The notes under the pieces are model-generated. The model had not been told where the DNA came from. It saw only the letters and a list, made by a program, of their open reading frames with translations, and did not search any database. Positions 48,431 to 61,262 of a DNA stretch of 64,000 nt are shown in pieces (the stretch's first letter is position 1; each line of letters starts with the position of its first letter). This DNA is from Haliotis cracherodii (Eukaryota): the NCBI RefSeq assembly GCF_022045235.1, contig NW_027266319.1, forward strand, positions 35,774,001 to 35,838,000. The letters are read 5' to 3'. The position numbers and the translations under genes are program-made.

Positions 48431-48754
48431 GTAGCCATCTATATAAGGTTGAAGATGGAGAAGAAACGTTGTGAAATGCGAAGGTCATTCCAAGGGAAGC
48501 TACTCTAGTAGACTTTGCTACTTGACAGGAGTTACCGTGCTTGAATGAGGATTTTATGATCGCTTCAATGTATCATTAAACAATACTTCATGTTTGCAAT
48601 GAGAGTGAGTGAGTGAGTTACTTGTGGGCCACCTGTGACCTTTACAATGTTAAATAAAATACACGACACTACATCTGTTAAGGTTTAGGCACTTCATTAC
48701 CATTCTATATAGTAATTAATAAACAAATTACATGAACATATTATTTTCTCTCAT

Positions 48755-48913
48755 ATTTAGGGTGTGTTCAAGATTGGAACTGTCACAATGGCTATTACAG
48801 GACTCAAACAGGAGTCACCCTGAAATCGTTATCTTACGCAAAAAAATTCAATAGAAGGGAAGCCAATTATGTCACTGTAACATAATTCTTTAACTTTCCC
48901 CTGGCAACAATGG
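48755..48913 (+). pseudogene. Further decayed copy of the plus-strand gene exon
   Basis: Acceptor AG mutated to AT, ATG at 48788, extra TGA at 48821, shared TAA at 48878. Confidence 0.65.
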
Positions 48914-51900
48914 AGGAGGAGGGGTAAAGGGAAGTCCATTGGTAGGGCGGAGGTAGGGGCAGGTGGGGAAATGGGTATTATTAGAGGAGGACAGGTGAGG
49001 GGGGTTACATTGGTAGGACGGAGGTGGGGGCAGACGGGGAAATGGAGGAGGAGAGGTGAATGGAAATACATTGTTAGGACGGGAGTAGGGGCAGGTTGGG
49101 AAATGGGGGACATTGGAGGAGGAGAGGTGAATGAAGTACACTCGTGGGCCGGGGCTAGGGGCAGGTTGGGACATGGAGGAGAGATGAAGGGAAGTACATT
49201 GGTGGGTCGGAGGTAGGGGCAGGTGGGGAAATTGAGGACATCGGAGGTTGAGAGGTGAAGGGAAGTACATTGGTGGGTCGGAGGTAGGGACAGGTCGGGA
49301 AATTGAGGACATTGGAGGTTTAGAGGTGAAGGGAAGTACATTGGTAGGACGGAGGTAGGGGCAAGTTGGGAAATGGAGATCATTGAAGGAGGAGAGGTGA
49401 AGGGAAGCACACTTTTAAGACGGGAATAGGACCTGGTGGGGAAATGGAGGACATCGGAGGAGACAGTAAGGGATGTAATTGGTGCTATGGATGTAGGAGC
49501 AGACGGGGGGAAAGGGGGACATGGGAGTATTTGTAGAGAAGGGAAGAGCGGTGGAAGGCCTGACGTAGGTGCAGGTTGGGAAACATAACGGGGTAGATAC
49601 GTCACGGAGGGGTTGAGGGAAGTACAGTGGTTGGATGGAAGTAGGAGCAAGTGGGGAAAGCAGGAGCTGGTTGAGAAATAGGAGACATGGGAGCAGGAGA
49701 AGGGAAGAAAAAGAAAAGGAAAGTGGAGGGAAACAAAGGATATGAGCGAAAGAGACAGGGGAAGGGTTGGATGATAGAGGCAGGATTAAGGCATGACGAA
49801 TGGGGAAATGGAAGTTATATAGGATTAGGACAGGGTAAGGGAAGTTTTGTTGGAGAACGGAGGTCGGGGCTGGTGTGGAAATTGGGACATTAGAGTAGGA
49901 GAGAGGAGTTGTACTGTAAGGGATTGAAACTGGGGGTAGAAACTGGTCGTGAATTGATTACATGGGAGTGGCCAAGGTGAAGGGAACGATTGTGGAAATG
50001 GTGGGAAATGAGGGTCATGTGTTATGAGAGAGGATAGGTAGTAAAGTGGGAGGAAGAAGATAAGAGAAAAAATAGATGGTGTCTCCAGCTACATGTGATA
50101 TAGCTAGGGTATATCTAATTCAAAATTACCATACATTCTTGGTTTCAACAAAGAAAGTAAATTCAAATAAACGAGTTAAATTTATACTGTGACAATGCCA
50201 CATGTACATCTATATGAGGCAAATCTGTGTCCCAAACGTGTATTACTCGTGAAGAAATATAAGATATGACAAAATATATACTTGCTATATCAATGCATGT
50301 GTCGTCAGTACTCATCAGGGTGACCCAACTTTTGTGTCCAGATCATGAAACATTTACCATTCACACATGCTTGTCTTTAGAATGTGTTAGTGTCAGTGGC
50401 TGCTAGTTGTAAAAAGTGATTTATGGAGGACCAGCTGTGACATGCATATCATATCAACTTATGATCAGTGGTCATGAGAGTAACACCTTTTGGTTTCCAT
50501 TTTAGAAAACCTTCACCTGTTACCCATTCTTTTCTTAGGAATGTGTTAGGTCAAATCAGCTCCTGGCTCTGAATATTACTTGATGGAAGACCAGCTGTGA
50601 CCTGGTTCTTTGTGTGTCATCATGGTTTGCCTGGCCCAGACTGGATTACCTTACATGCCACCACAATACAGCTGTAAGATTACCCATTTCTTCAATCACT
50701 AACCCATTGGTTTGTTTACCATAACATGTTCCATGTGTGTAATGCTGCATTCAGAGAAACAACTGAGGTTATAAAGTATAATACCGATGTATCAGGTCTA
50801 TTGGTTTGGAAAATGATACAGGTACTCACTCACATCTTACCAAGTGTGTTCCACATTTGTTTTAATCCCATCAGAGGAATCCATTCTCACCTTGACAGTC
50901 AAACTAAAGCATTTCTGAGCTTTTGAATGAGAAAATATCAAACTTCCGTCTCAGTGGACATATTGTATGTTGTCTCTTGTCACTATATTGTGGCAATATT
51001 GCCAGTGTGACGTAAACGTTTAACTCAATATCAGACACAGTAATAAAAGCAACTGCCCTCATGTTCTCTTAACATCTGGTGCAAAGTATATGACAAATAA
51101 TCTAAGTTAAATTAAAATTTGATATTTCCGGGAGTAAAAGCATTTTCAGTCACGAGTGATGCATAAACATCTCAAAGTCATATATTTGAGGGTTTAAAGA
51201 GTGTGCCAATCCCCTTTTGGTATGCTGATGCCCATATTGCAATGTTGAACAATTATATTTCGTCTTTCTTTTCATGCAAGGACTGACAATTCTATAATAG
51301 ATTTGGTTCTTAGCTAATGAGCTTATTCATGGGCTATGCATCGTATGTGAAACACCAATTTAATTTACTTGCATCAGCTGTGAACACTGATATTACTCAA
51401 GAATCACAAATGTGACATTAATATTGTTGCAATTTATGGTTCAAGTTAAATTGCTCTCGTCAAGCATTGTTTGAGCAACACAGAGGATTAAAATCACAGA
51501 ATATAATGGTGGCTTTTCGTTGAAGATACATGCTGATACTTCATGACAATTTACAACCTTGTTCATTTACAACAGTCATACACACTGAGTGACATCACCA
51601 AGACAATGCTGTTAGCTATCTATAATTGGTTACTGAGATACCTTTTGCGATGCTTAGCAATGTACTTTCAATCAAATTGTTCCTCTACTTTAACAAACCA
51701 CACAATTCAACTTCAGTTGTTAAAATAAAACATAACTACTACTTAGACTGCAAATTGATATTTTATTATGAAACCATTGTAGACATAAGTTAGAAACAAG
51801 CACATGTTTTTCAGTTACATACTAAATAAACGGCCTCCAACCTCCCCTCACAGCCGCCCCTTTCCACACTTCACATACACTTACAAAACTGTACAGTGAC

Positions 51901-53649
51901 ATGTTTCCACTGTATATTTTTCATTACTTGATAGTTGGGCGAATATTTAGATGGTTCACAGAGAAAAAAAAGGAAAGAGTAGGATTGTAGAGACAACATT
52001 AAGACAAGAGATAATACAAGACAGGAAACTGTAGTTTAGTAGAGGGAACATTAAGATAATAGCTAGTACAAGAGTAGGAAAGTAGGAAAAACATATTGAT
52101 GGTTCAAAGAACAACGCTGAAGAGACTAGGATAGTAGAGAGTAGAACAGTAAGACAGTACATTGTACAAAACAGGAAGAGAAGGATATTAGAGACAACAT
52201 TTAAGATATTAGATAGTTCAAGACAGGAAAGAGTAGGGTAGTAGTAGTAAATGGTAGATAGTACAAAGGTGGAGTGAATGGGATAGTAAAGAGGACTTTA
52301 CGATAGTTGGCAGTTCTAGGAAGGAAAGAGGATGATAGTCATGGTAGTAGAGAGAATAGAATTAGATATCAGACAGCACATGACAGGAGAGAGCAGGATA
52401 GTTGAGGTAGAAAGTAGATCGTAGATAGTACGAAGGTTGGGGAAATGGGATAGTTGAGAGGATATTAAGATAGTATGTAGTAGAAGGAAGGAAAGAGGAT
52501 GATAGCAAAGCAAAAATAAATAAATAACAGACAGTACAAGGCAGGGGAGAGCAAGATAGGAGAGACAACAATAAGATAGTATATAGTACAAGGCAGGAAA
52601 GGGTAGGATAGTGGAGAGCAGAAAAATTAAGATAGCACATGGTACAAGACAGGGGTAGAGTAGCATAGGAGAGACAACAATAAGATAGTAGATAGAACAA
52701 AATACCAAAGAATAACAAAGTAGAGAGACAGCACTAGGATAGCAGATAGTAGAAAAATTGGGATGTTACAGAGTGGGGTAGCAATGGTTGGTACTGAGAA
52801 ATGTTTAAAGGGAAGAACAGGATAGCAGAGAATGGGGAGATGAAGAAAATAACAAAGTACAGATTTGAAGGAAAGCACAAATAATGATTGAGTATGATAG
52901 TAGAGAAAAGAAATATATAGCCGACAGTACAAGGCACGGGAGAGTAGGATAGGAGAGACAACAATAAGATAGTAGATAGTACAAGGCAGGAATGAGGAGG
53001 ATAGTAGAGAGAAGAAAATTAAGATAGCAAATAGTACAAGACAGGAGAGAGAGAGTAGGATAGGAGAGACAACAATAAGATACAAACAAAATACCTAATA
53101 GTAACAAAGTAGACAGACAGCACTAGGATAGTAGATAGTAGGAAAATGGAATAGTACAGAGTGGGGTAGCAGTGGTTGGTACTGAGAAATATTTAAAGGG
53201 AAGAACAGGATAGCAGAGAAAGGGGAGAAGAAGAAAATAACAAAGTACAGATTTGAAGGAAAGCACAAATAATGAGTATGATAGTAGTGTAGTGTAGGAC
53301 TGTACTTAGGCAAGTGTAGGGCAGTTAGGATAGTGAATGACTGGAGAGTGCATATAAGTTTGGCAGTACACAGTAGGGTAGTGTTGGACAGTTATTGAGA
53401 GGATAGTGTAGGTCAGTAGAGAGTAGGTTAGTGTAGGCCAATACAGTGCAGTGTTGGAGAGTATCCAGACAGGAGAGATAGTAGGATAGATTAGGTAAGT
53501 ATAGAGTAGGGTAGTAGTGTATGTATGACCGAAGAATAGTTTTGGATAGAATAGGATATTACTGAAGAGGGCAGAGTACGTCTGTACATGGTTGGGTGGT
53601 TTAAGACAGTAGAAAGTAAAGAAGAGAATGACAATGCACGGTACAGTAG

Positions 53650-53822
53650 GAGTGAGTGAGTGAATGTGTATTGTTTTCCGGAGCTTTTAGCAATATTCCA
53701 GCAATATCACGGCGGGGGACAACCAGAAATGGGCTTCAGACACTGTACACATGTCAGGATTCGAACCCAGGTCTTCGGGGTCACAAGCAAAAGCTTTAAC
53801 CACTAGGCTACCAGACCTCCCC
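53650..53822 (-). mobile_element. tRNA-derived SINE
   Basis: A box, B box and (ACTC)n tail. Confidence 0.88.
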
Positions 53823-54129
53823 AGACTAGTGTAGGAAAGTATGTAGCAGAGTAGTATATGAAAGTACATAGTAGACTCGAGTAGTGTATCACATTACATG
53901 GTAGTGTAGATTAGGCCAGTACATGGTAGTGTAAGGTAGCACAGTACATAGAGTAGTGTAGGATAGTACATAGTACAGAAGTGTAGCACAGTAGATGGTA
54001 GTGTAGAGCACAACAGTACAAAGTACTGCAAAAAACAATCACTGTTAGCGAAAGACATGAAAATCATGTATAAACATCAACCTACAATACACCAATCTAT
54101 ACCTACCTGTTCCCTGCCCCTTACAGTGT

Positions 54130-55849
54130 TTAGAAAAAGTCCCTGGTGCCACATGAGAGACTGGAGCTGTACTCAGCCAGGAGAGCTTCCAGGTCCTCAA
54201 GAGTGTCCTGGGGCTCCTCCAGTCTCGCCTGCTTCACAGCTTGGGGCACCTCGCTGTTGTCATCTGGGCACTTTCTCTTGCGTGAGGGCAGGGACTCCTT
54301 GCTAGGCTCAGATGTGGATTTCTTCTTTTTCCTTAAAATGAGTTTGGTAAGATACAGATATTCCACATCATATTCATCATCAGAGTTTGGCTCACATCTG
54401 TCCACTGACTTGGCAGAATGTACGCTTAATGTTGCAGCAGTGACACCACCTGACTTAGGACTCTCTGGTGCTGAAACAACCTTATCCTTTACATTCTTAA
54501 CAGGGACAGGGGATGTCTTGCAGCCTGTACTGGGCAAGACAGACTTTGGCTTTAAGTAAGCACCATCAGCTGACAACAACTGTTCACCAAAACTAGGTGA
54601 GGCCTTAATGATACTATTTCTACCCGCAGACTTGGTGATACGGTTCCCCAGGGGTCTGCTCTGGGTTTTGATGTGCTGAGCTCCAAGAGGCTGAGGCACA
54701 AAGTAGGGCTTGCTCTCTGGCTGATGCTTGCTCACTTTCTCCTTCAGAATGCGAGGCTTTGGCTGAGGTTTTGGCCTGAACGTGCGGGGCTTGCATTTGC
54801 AGGGCTTGAGCTCGAGTTCCTGCTTTTGATGGACATTGGGTTTTGGGTTGCTTGTTGTAGGCATGGGAGGAGTTTCAACATGGGCCATAGACTGGGGATG
54901 AGGAACTGGACTGGGTGGGTCAAGTTGGGGCAGAACACAGGAGAAGGCCTAATGGGCGATACAGTCATTGTATCATTTTTATATTTCATGATTATGTAAG
55001 TACATTGGAAGTATATCTCTACTATAAAAACAAGTATAATTATGTTTTGAGTTACGTTTTATAAATCATCAAAAACAAACAAGAATACTCCTGCATACCT
55101 CTGGTCTCATCAGCTCCAGGTCTAGCAATGAACTGGGCAGGCTGACAGGCAGCTGGCAGACAGGCATCATCCCCCTACGTCTATTGCAATGTGGCAGCTG
55201 GACTGCAGGAGGCAGGGGGGTACCAGTCACAGATGACTGACCTCCAGGCTGAAGGAGTCTTGGCTGTAAGTAACCAGCATCCAGGGAGAGGTTAACAGGA
55301 TTATTACCAGCTGGTATCCAGATAGTGTTGTTATCTATCAGACATCTGGTCCCATCTCCCAACATCACTGTTGGCAGCCCGGGGAGCAAGCGGGTCACAG
55401 GCACTGTAACAGTGAATAGTTTCCTAAACTGCCTACAACTACAAGATAATTCGTCATTTCGTTAATAGTGAAAACCAATATCTAACTGTTCATTAGAATT
55501 ATGTCTTTTGAAAAGAAGTTCAGCGTGTCTGCAGGAATCCCACGAAGTCGAAAATGTTGTGTATCATGTTCACTAAAGAGTAATATTCCCTTAAATGTTC
55601 AGGTTACCAATTACCATCTAAAGTTATTGGGAAACTCTACAATATAACACACTGGAAATTCCGAAAATGTAAATTGGTTATTGTGCAATTCTGTTATAGT
55701 AGACCTTCATACAGACAATGGAAATTGAATATGCGGTCCGGAAACATCAGCGTTTCAATTTTTGCATTGTAAACACATTAAAACAATCACATGTTGCTTT
55801 GTCACTGGGCAAAATACAAATTTCAAATACCTGTCGTAGTGGGATTCAT
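54130..55849 (-). CDS. Uncharacterised putative nuclear protein, copy 5, 380 aa; exons 55849-55831, 55403-55099, 54948-54130
   Basis: Open frame with a +3-nt insertion in exon 2 (AGNNPV) and a 6-nt deletion in exon 3 (KI lost). Confidence 0.85.
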
Positions 55850-55911
55850 AGTTCTCTCCACCTCTTCAAGTCGTACACACTTTTAGAGTCGTATTTTGCA
55901 CGATAAAACTG

Positions 55912-56075
55912 TGAACACTTCCAGTAATATCTCTCAAAATGGCTGACACACAGGAAGGGCTAGCTGTTGTCATGACGCCGCTACTCTAGGTAAAACCACG
56001 CATGCGTCGACTTTATGCATAACTCGACACTTCCGTCTGCCTTACATTGTGAATAAAGATAGATCTACATCAACA
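55912..56075. promoter_or_regulatory. Putative bidirectional promoter, copy 5
   Basis: Same motif cluster (ACGCATGCGT at 55998). The downstream plus-strand exon is deleted at ~56233. Confidence 0.5.
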
Positions 56076-59000
56076 CTTGGTAGCCATCTATATAAGGTTG
56101 AAGATGGAGAAGAAACGTTCTGAAATGCGAAGGTCATTCCAAGGGAAGCTACTCTAGTAGACTTTGCTACTTGACAGGAGTTACCGTGCTTGAATGAGGA
56201 TTTTATGATCGCTTCAATGAATCATTAAAAAATAGGAGAGGTGAAGGGAAGTACATTGTTAGGACGGGAGTAGGGGCAGGTTGGGAAATGGGGGGCATTG
56301 GAGGAGGAGAGGTGTAGGAAAGCACACTGTTAAGACGGGGATAGGACCTGGTGGGGAAATGGATAACATCGGAGGAGACAGTAAGGGATGTAATTTGTGT
56401 GATTGATGTAGGAGCAGATGGGGAGAAAGGGGGACATGGGAGTATTTGTAGAGAAGGGACGAGCGGTGGAAGGCCTGACGTAGGTGCAGGTTGGGAAACA
56501 TAACGGGGTAGATACGTCACGGAGGGGTTGAGGGAAGTACAGTGTTTGGATGGAAGTAGGAGCAAGTGGGGAAAGCAGGAGCTGGTTGAGAAATAGGAGA
56601 CATGGGAGCAGGAGAGGGGAAGAAAAAAGAAAAGAAAGTGGAGGGAAACAAGGGACATGAGCGAAAGAGACAGGGAAAGGGTTGGATGATACAGAGGCAG
56701 GATTAAGGCATGACGAATGGGGAAATGGAAATTATATAGTAGGGCAGGGTAAGGGAAGTTTTGTTGGAGAACGGAGGTCGGGGCTGGTGTGGAAATGGGG
56801 ACATTAGAGTAGGAGAGAGGAGTTGTATTGTAAGGGACCGAAACTGGAGGTAGAAACTGGTCGTGAATTGATGACATGGGAGTAGCCAAGGTGAAGGGAA
56901 CTATTGTGGAAATGGTGGGAAATGAGGGTCATGTGTTATGAGAGAGGATAGGAAATAAAGTGGGAGGACGAAGATAAGAGAAAAAATAGATTGAAATTGA
57001 AATTCTGTGATAGTTTAGCATTGTCCTCAATGGAATAGTTTAATAATTCCTCTGTAAAGCCTTGTTAACGTATTGAGACCATTTGTGAAAACTAATTTCA
57101 GAATAACAGGAGAAACCTGATATGAGCAATAGGTCTTGCACATTGTGAACGACCACAGACCTCTTGGAACTTGTACAACTAACGTTGAACACTGCCACAC
57201 GTGTCTCCAGCTACATGTGATATGGCTAGGGTATATCTAATTCAAAATTAGCATGACGTTCTCTGTTTCAACAAAGAAAGCAAATGCGCCAAAATGGGAT
57301 TGGATTTCTGGTTCACCATTTGATTGTCTGGTTTGTTTTCATGCCCCGTGGCATGGCAGGAGTACTGCTGTGTTGTACCAGGAAACAAAGACATACTTTC
57401 TTATGTAAGTTTTGCATGTACTACCCGTAGGTTAGGAAATGTTTACCATTTTCGTGAACACCTGGTGTCATTAACTAATTTTCACCCTTCTATCCATAAA
57501 CTTTTTATGTCTATTTTGCCTATACAATCAATGGAATCTGCTTCTTGCAAGGCAAGGCAAGGACGTTTAATAATTTACTGCAGTGTAAAACCATACTCAA
57601 TCCTCAGGTTCTGTGTTACTTAACGTTAAAGAAATAAAAAAGGTAAATTGTGATAGGTAATGACATTATTTCCGTCATGTTATATCATAAATTGGTCATA
57701 AAACCGTTTCGGATTTCATATGTCTGAAAAGGAAGTTTCATAGTTTTCATATTTTCATATGACACATTCTCTATATAGCTGAGAGAACGGCTCTGGCAAA
57801 TACATACATCTGTATCCCAATCGTGTATTGCTCGTGAAGAAATATATAAGACAAAATACATACTTGCTATATCAATGCATGTATCATCAGTGCTCATCAG
57901 AGTGACCCATCTTTTGTGTCCAGGTCATGAAACATTTACCATTCACACATGCTTGTCTTTAAAATGTGTTAGTGTCAATGGCTGCTTGTTGTAAAAAGTG
58001 ATCTATGGAGGACCAGCTGTGACATGCATATTATATCAAATTATGATCAGTGCTCCTGAGAGTAACACCTTTTGGTTTCCATATTAGAAAACTTTTACCT
58101 GTCACCCATTCTTGTCTTAGGAATGTGTAGGTCAAATCAGCTCCTGGCTATCAATATTATATGATGGAGGACCAGCTGTGACATGGTTCGTTGTGTGTCA
58201 TCATGGTTTATCTGGTCCAGACTGAAATACCTTACATGCCACCACAATACAGCTGTAAGATTACCCACTACTTCAATATCTCACCCATTGGTTTGTTTAC
58301 CATAACATGTTCCATGTGTGTGTTGCTGCATTCAGAGAAACAACTGAGGCTATAGAAGTATAATACCGATGTATCAGGTCTATTGGTTTGGAAAATGATA
58401 CAGGTACTCACTCACATCTTACAAAGTATGTTCCACATTTGTTTTAATCCCATCAGAGGAATCAATTCTCACCTTGACAGTCAAACTAAAGCATTTCTGA
58501 GCTTTTGAATGAGAAAATATCAAACTTCCGTCTCAGTGGACATATTGTATGTTGTCTCTTGTCACTATATTGTGACAATATTGCCAGTGTGACGTAAACG
58601 TTTAACTCAATGTCAGACACAACAATTAAAGGATCTTTTCTTGCAAGGAGTGACAATTTGATAATTAATTTGGCTCTAAGCTAATGAGCTTACTTGGCCA
58701 TGCATTGTATGTGAAATACCAGTTTAATTTACTTGCATCAACTGTGAACACTGATATTACTCAAGAATCACAAATGTGACATTGTTGCAATTTATGGTTC
58801 AAGTTACATTGCTCTCGTCAAGCATTGTTTGTGCAACATTGTGGATCAAAATCACAGAATATAATGGTGACTTTTCGTTGAAGATACATGCTGATACAAC
58901 CTTGTTCATTTATAACAGTCATACACACTGAGTGACATCACCAAGACAATGCTGTTAACTATCTATAATTGGTTACTGAGATACCTTTTGCGATGCTTAG

Positions 59001-60669
59001 CAATGTACTTTCAATCAAATTGTTCCTCTACTTTAACAAACCACACAATTCAACTTCAGTTGTTAAAATAAAACATAACTACTACTTAGACTGCAAAGTG
59101 GTATTTTATTATGAAACCATTGTAGACAAAAATTAGAAACAAGCACATATTTTTCAGTTACATACTAAATAAACGGCCTCCAACCTCCCCTCACAGCCGC
59201 CCCTTTCCACACTTCACATACACTTACAAAACTGTACAGTGACATGTTTCCACTGCATAATTTTCATAACTTGATAGTAGAGCGAATATTTAGATGCCCA
59301 CGGTGAAAAAAAACAGGAAATAGTAGGATAGTCTAGACAACATTAAGATAAGAGATAATACAAGACAGGAAACTAGTTTAGCAGAGGGAACATTAAGATA
59401 ATAGCTAGTACAAGACAGGAGAGAGTAGGATAGTAGGGGAAACATACAGATGGTTCAAAACACAACGCTGGAGAGACCAGGATAGTAGAGAGTAGAACAG
59501 TAAGACGGGAGGAAGAGAAGGGTATTAGAGACATAGATATTAAATAGTACAAGACAGGAAAGGGTAGGAAAGTGGAGGTAGATAGTTGATGGTAGATAGT
59601 ACAAAGGTGGAGAGAATGGGATAGTAGGGGGACATTAAGATAGTAGGTAGCAGAAGGAAGGAAAGAGCATGATAGTAGAGAAAAGAAATGAAATAGCAGA
59701 CAGTACAAGGCAGGGGAGAGTAGGATAGGCCAAACAATAAGATAGTATATGGCACAAGACAGGGAAGAGTAGGATAGCAGAGGTAGATACTGATAATAGA
59801 TGGGAGATAGTAGAAAAGTGGAGAGAATTGGATAGTAGAGAGGACTTTACGATAGTAGGTAGCACTAGGAAGGAGAGGAAGATAGTCATGGTAGTAGAGA
59901 GAATAGAATTAAATATCAGACAGCACACGACAGGGTAGAGTAGGATAGTAGAGGTAGAAAGTAGATCGTAGATAGTACGAAGGTGGAGGGAATGGGATAG
60001 TAGAGAGGATATTAAGATAGTATGTAGTAGAAGGAAGGAAAGAATATGATAGTAGAGAAAAAAAATAGCAGACAGTAAAGGGCAGGGGGGAGTAGGATAG
60101 GAGAGACAACAATAGGATAGTAGGTAGAACAAAATACCAAAGAGTAACAAAGTAGAGAGAGAGCGCTAGGATAGTAGATAGTAGAACAATTCGGATAGTA
60201 CAGACTGGGGTGGCAATGGTTGATACTGAGAAATGTTTAAAGGGAAGAACAGGATAGCAGAGAATGGGGAGGAGAAGAAAATAAGAAAGTACAGATGTGA
60301 AGGAAAGTACAAATAATGATTGAGTATGATAGTAGTGTAGTGTAGGACTGTACTTAGGCAAGTGTAGGGCGGTTAGGATAGTGAATGACTGGAGAGTGCA
60401 TATATGTTTGGCAGTACACAGTAGGGTAGTGTTGGACAGTAATTGAGAGGATAGTGTAGGTCAGTAGAGAGTAGGTTAGTATAGGCCAATACAGTGCAGT
60501 GTAGGACAGTATCCAGACAGGAAAGATAGTAGGATAGATTAGGTAAGTATAGAGGAGGGTAGTAGTGTATGGCAGTAGAATAGTGTAGGATAGAATAGAA
60601 TAGTACAGAAGAGGGCATAGTACGTCAGTGCATGGTTGGGTGGTTTAGGACAGTACAAAGTAAAGAAGA

Positions 60670-60852
60670 GAGTGAGTGAGTGAGTGAGTGAGTGAGTGTA
60701 TGGCATTCCGGAGCTTTTAGCAATATTCCAGCAATATCACCGCGGGGGACAACCAGAAATGGGCTTCAGACACAGTACACATGTCAGGATTCGAACCCAG
60801 GTCTTCGGTGTCACAAGCAAAAGCTTTAACCACTAGGCTACCAGACTGCCCC
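60670..60852 (-). mobile_element. tRNA-derived SINE
   Basis: A box, B box and the longest (ACTC)n tail of the six copies. Confidence 0.88.
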
Positions 60853-61262
60853 AGACTAGTGTAAGAAAGTATGTAGCAGAGTAGTATATGAAAAAAAATA
60901 GTAGACTCGAGTAGTGTATCACATAACATGGTAGTGTTGATTAGGCCAGTACATGGTAGGGTAAGGTAGTACAGTACATAGTAGAGTAGTGTAGGATAGT
61001 ACAGAGTAGGGTGGTGTATGGCAAAACATAGTATAGTTGTGTATGACAGTGCACGGTAGAGTTGTGTCAGATAGTACATAGCAGAGTAGTGTAGGATAGT
61101 ACATAGTACAGAAGTGTAGCACAGTAGATGGTAGTGTAGTGCACAACAGTACAAAGTAGTACAAACACAATGACTGTTAGCGAAAGACATGAAGATCATA
61201 TATAAACATCAACCTAACTATACACCAATCTATACCTACCTGTTCCCTGCCCCTTACACTGT

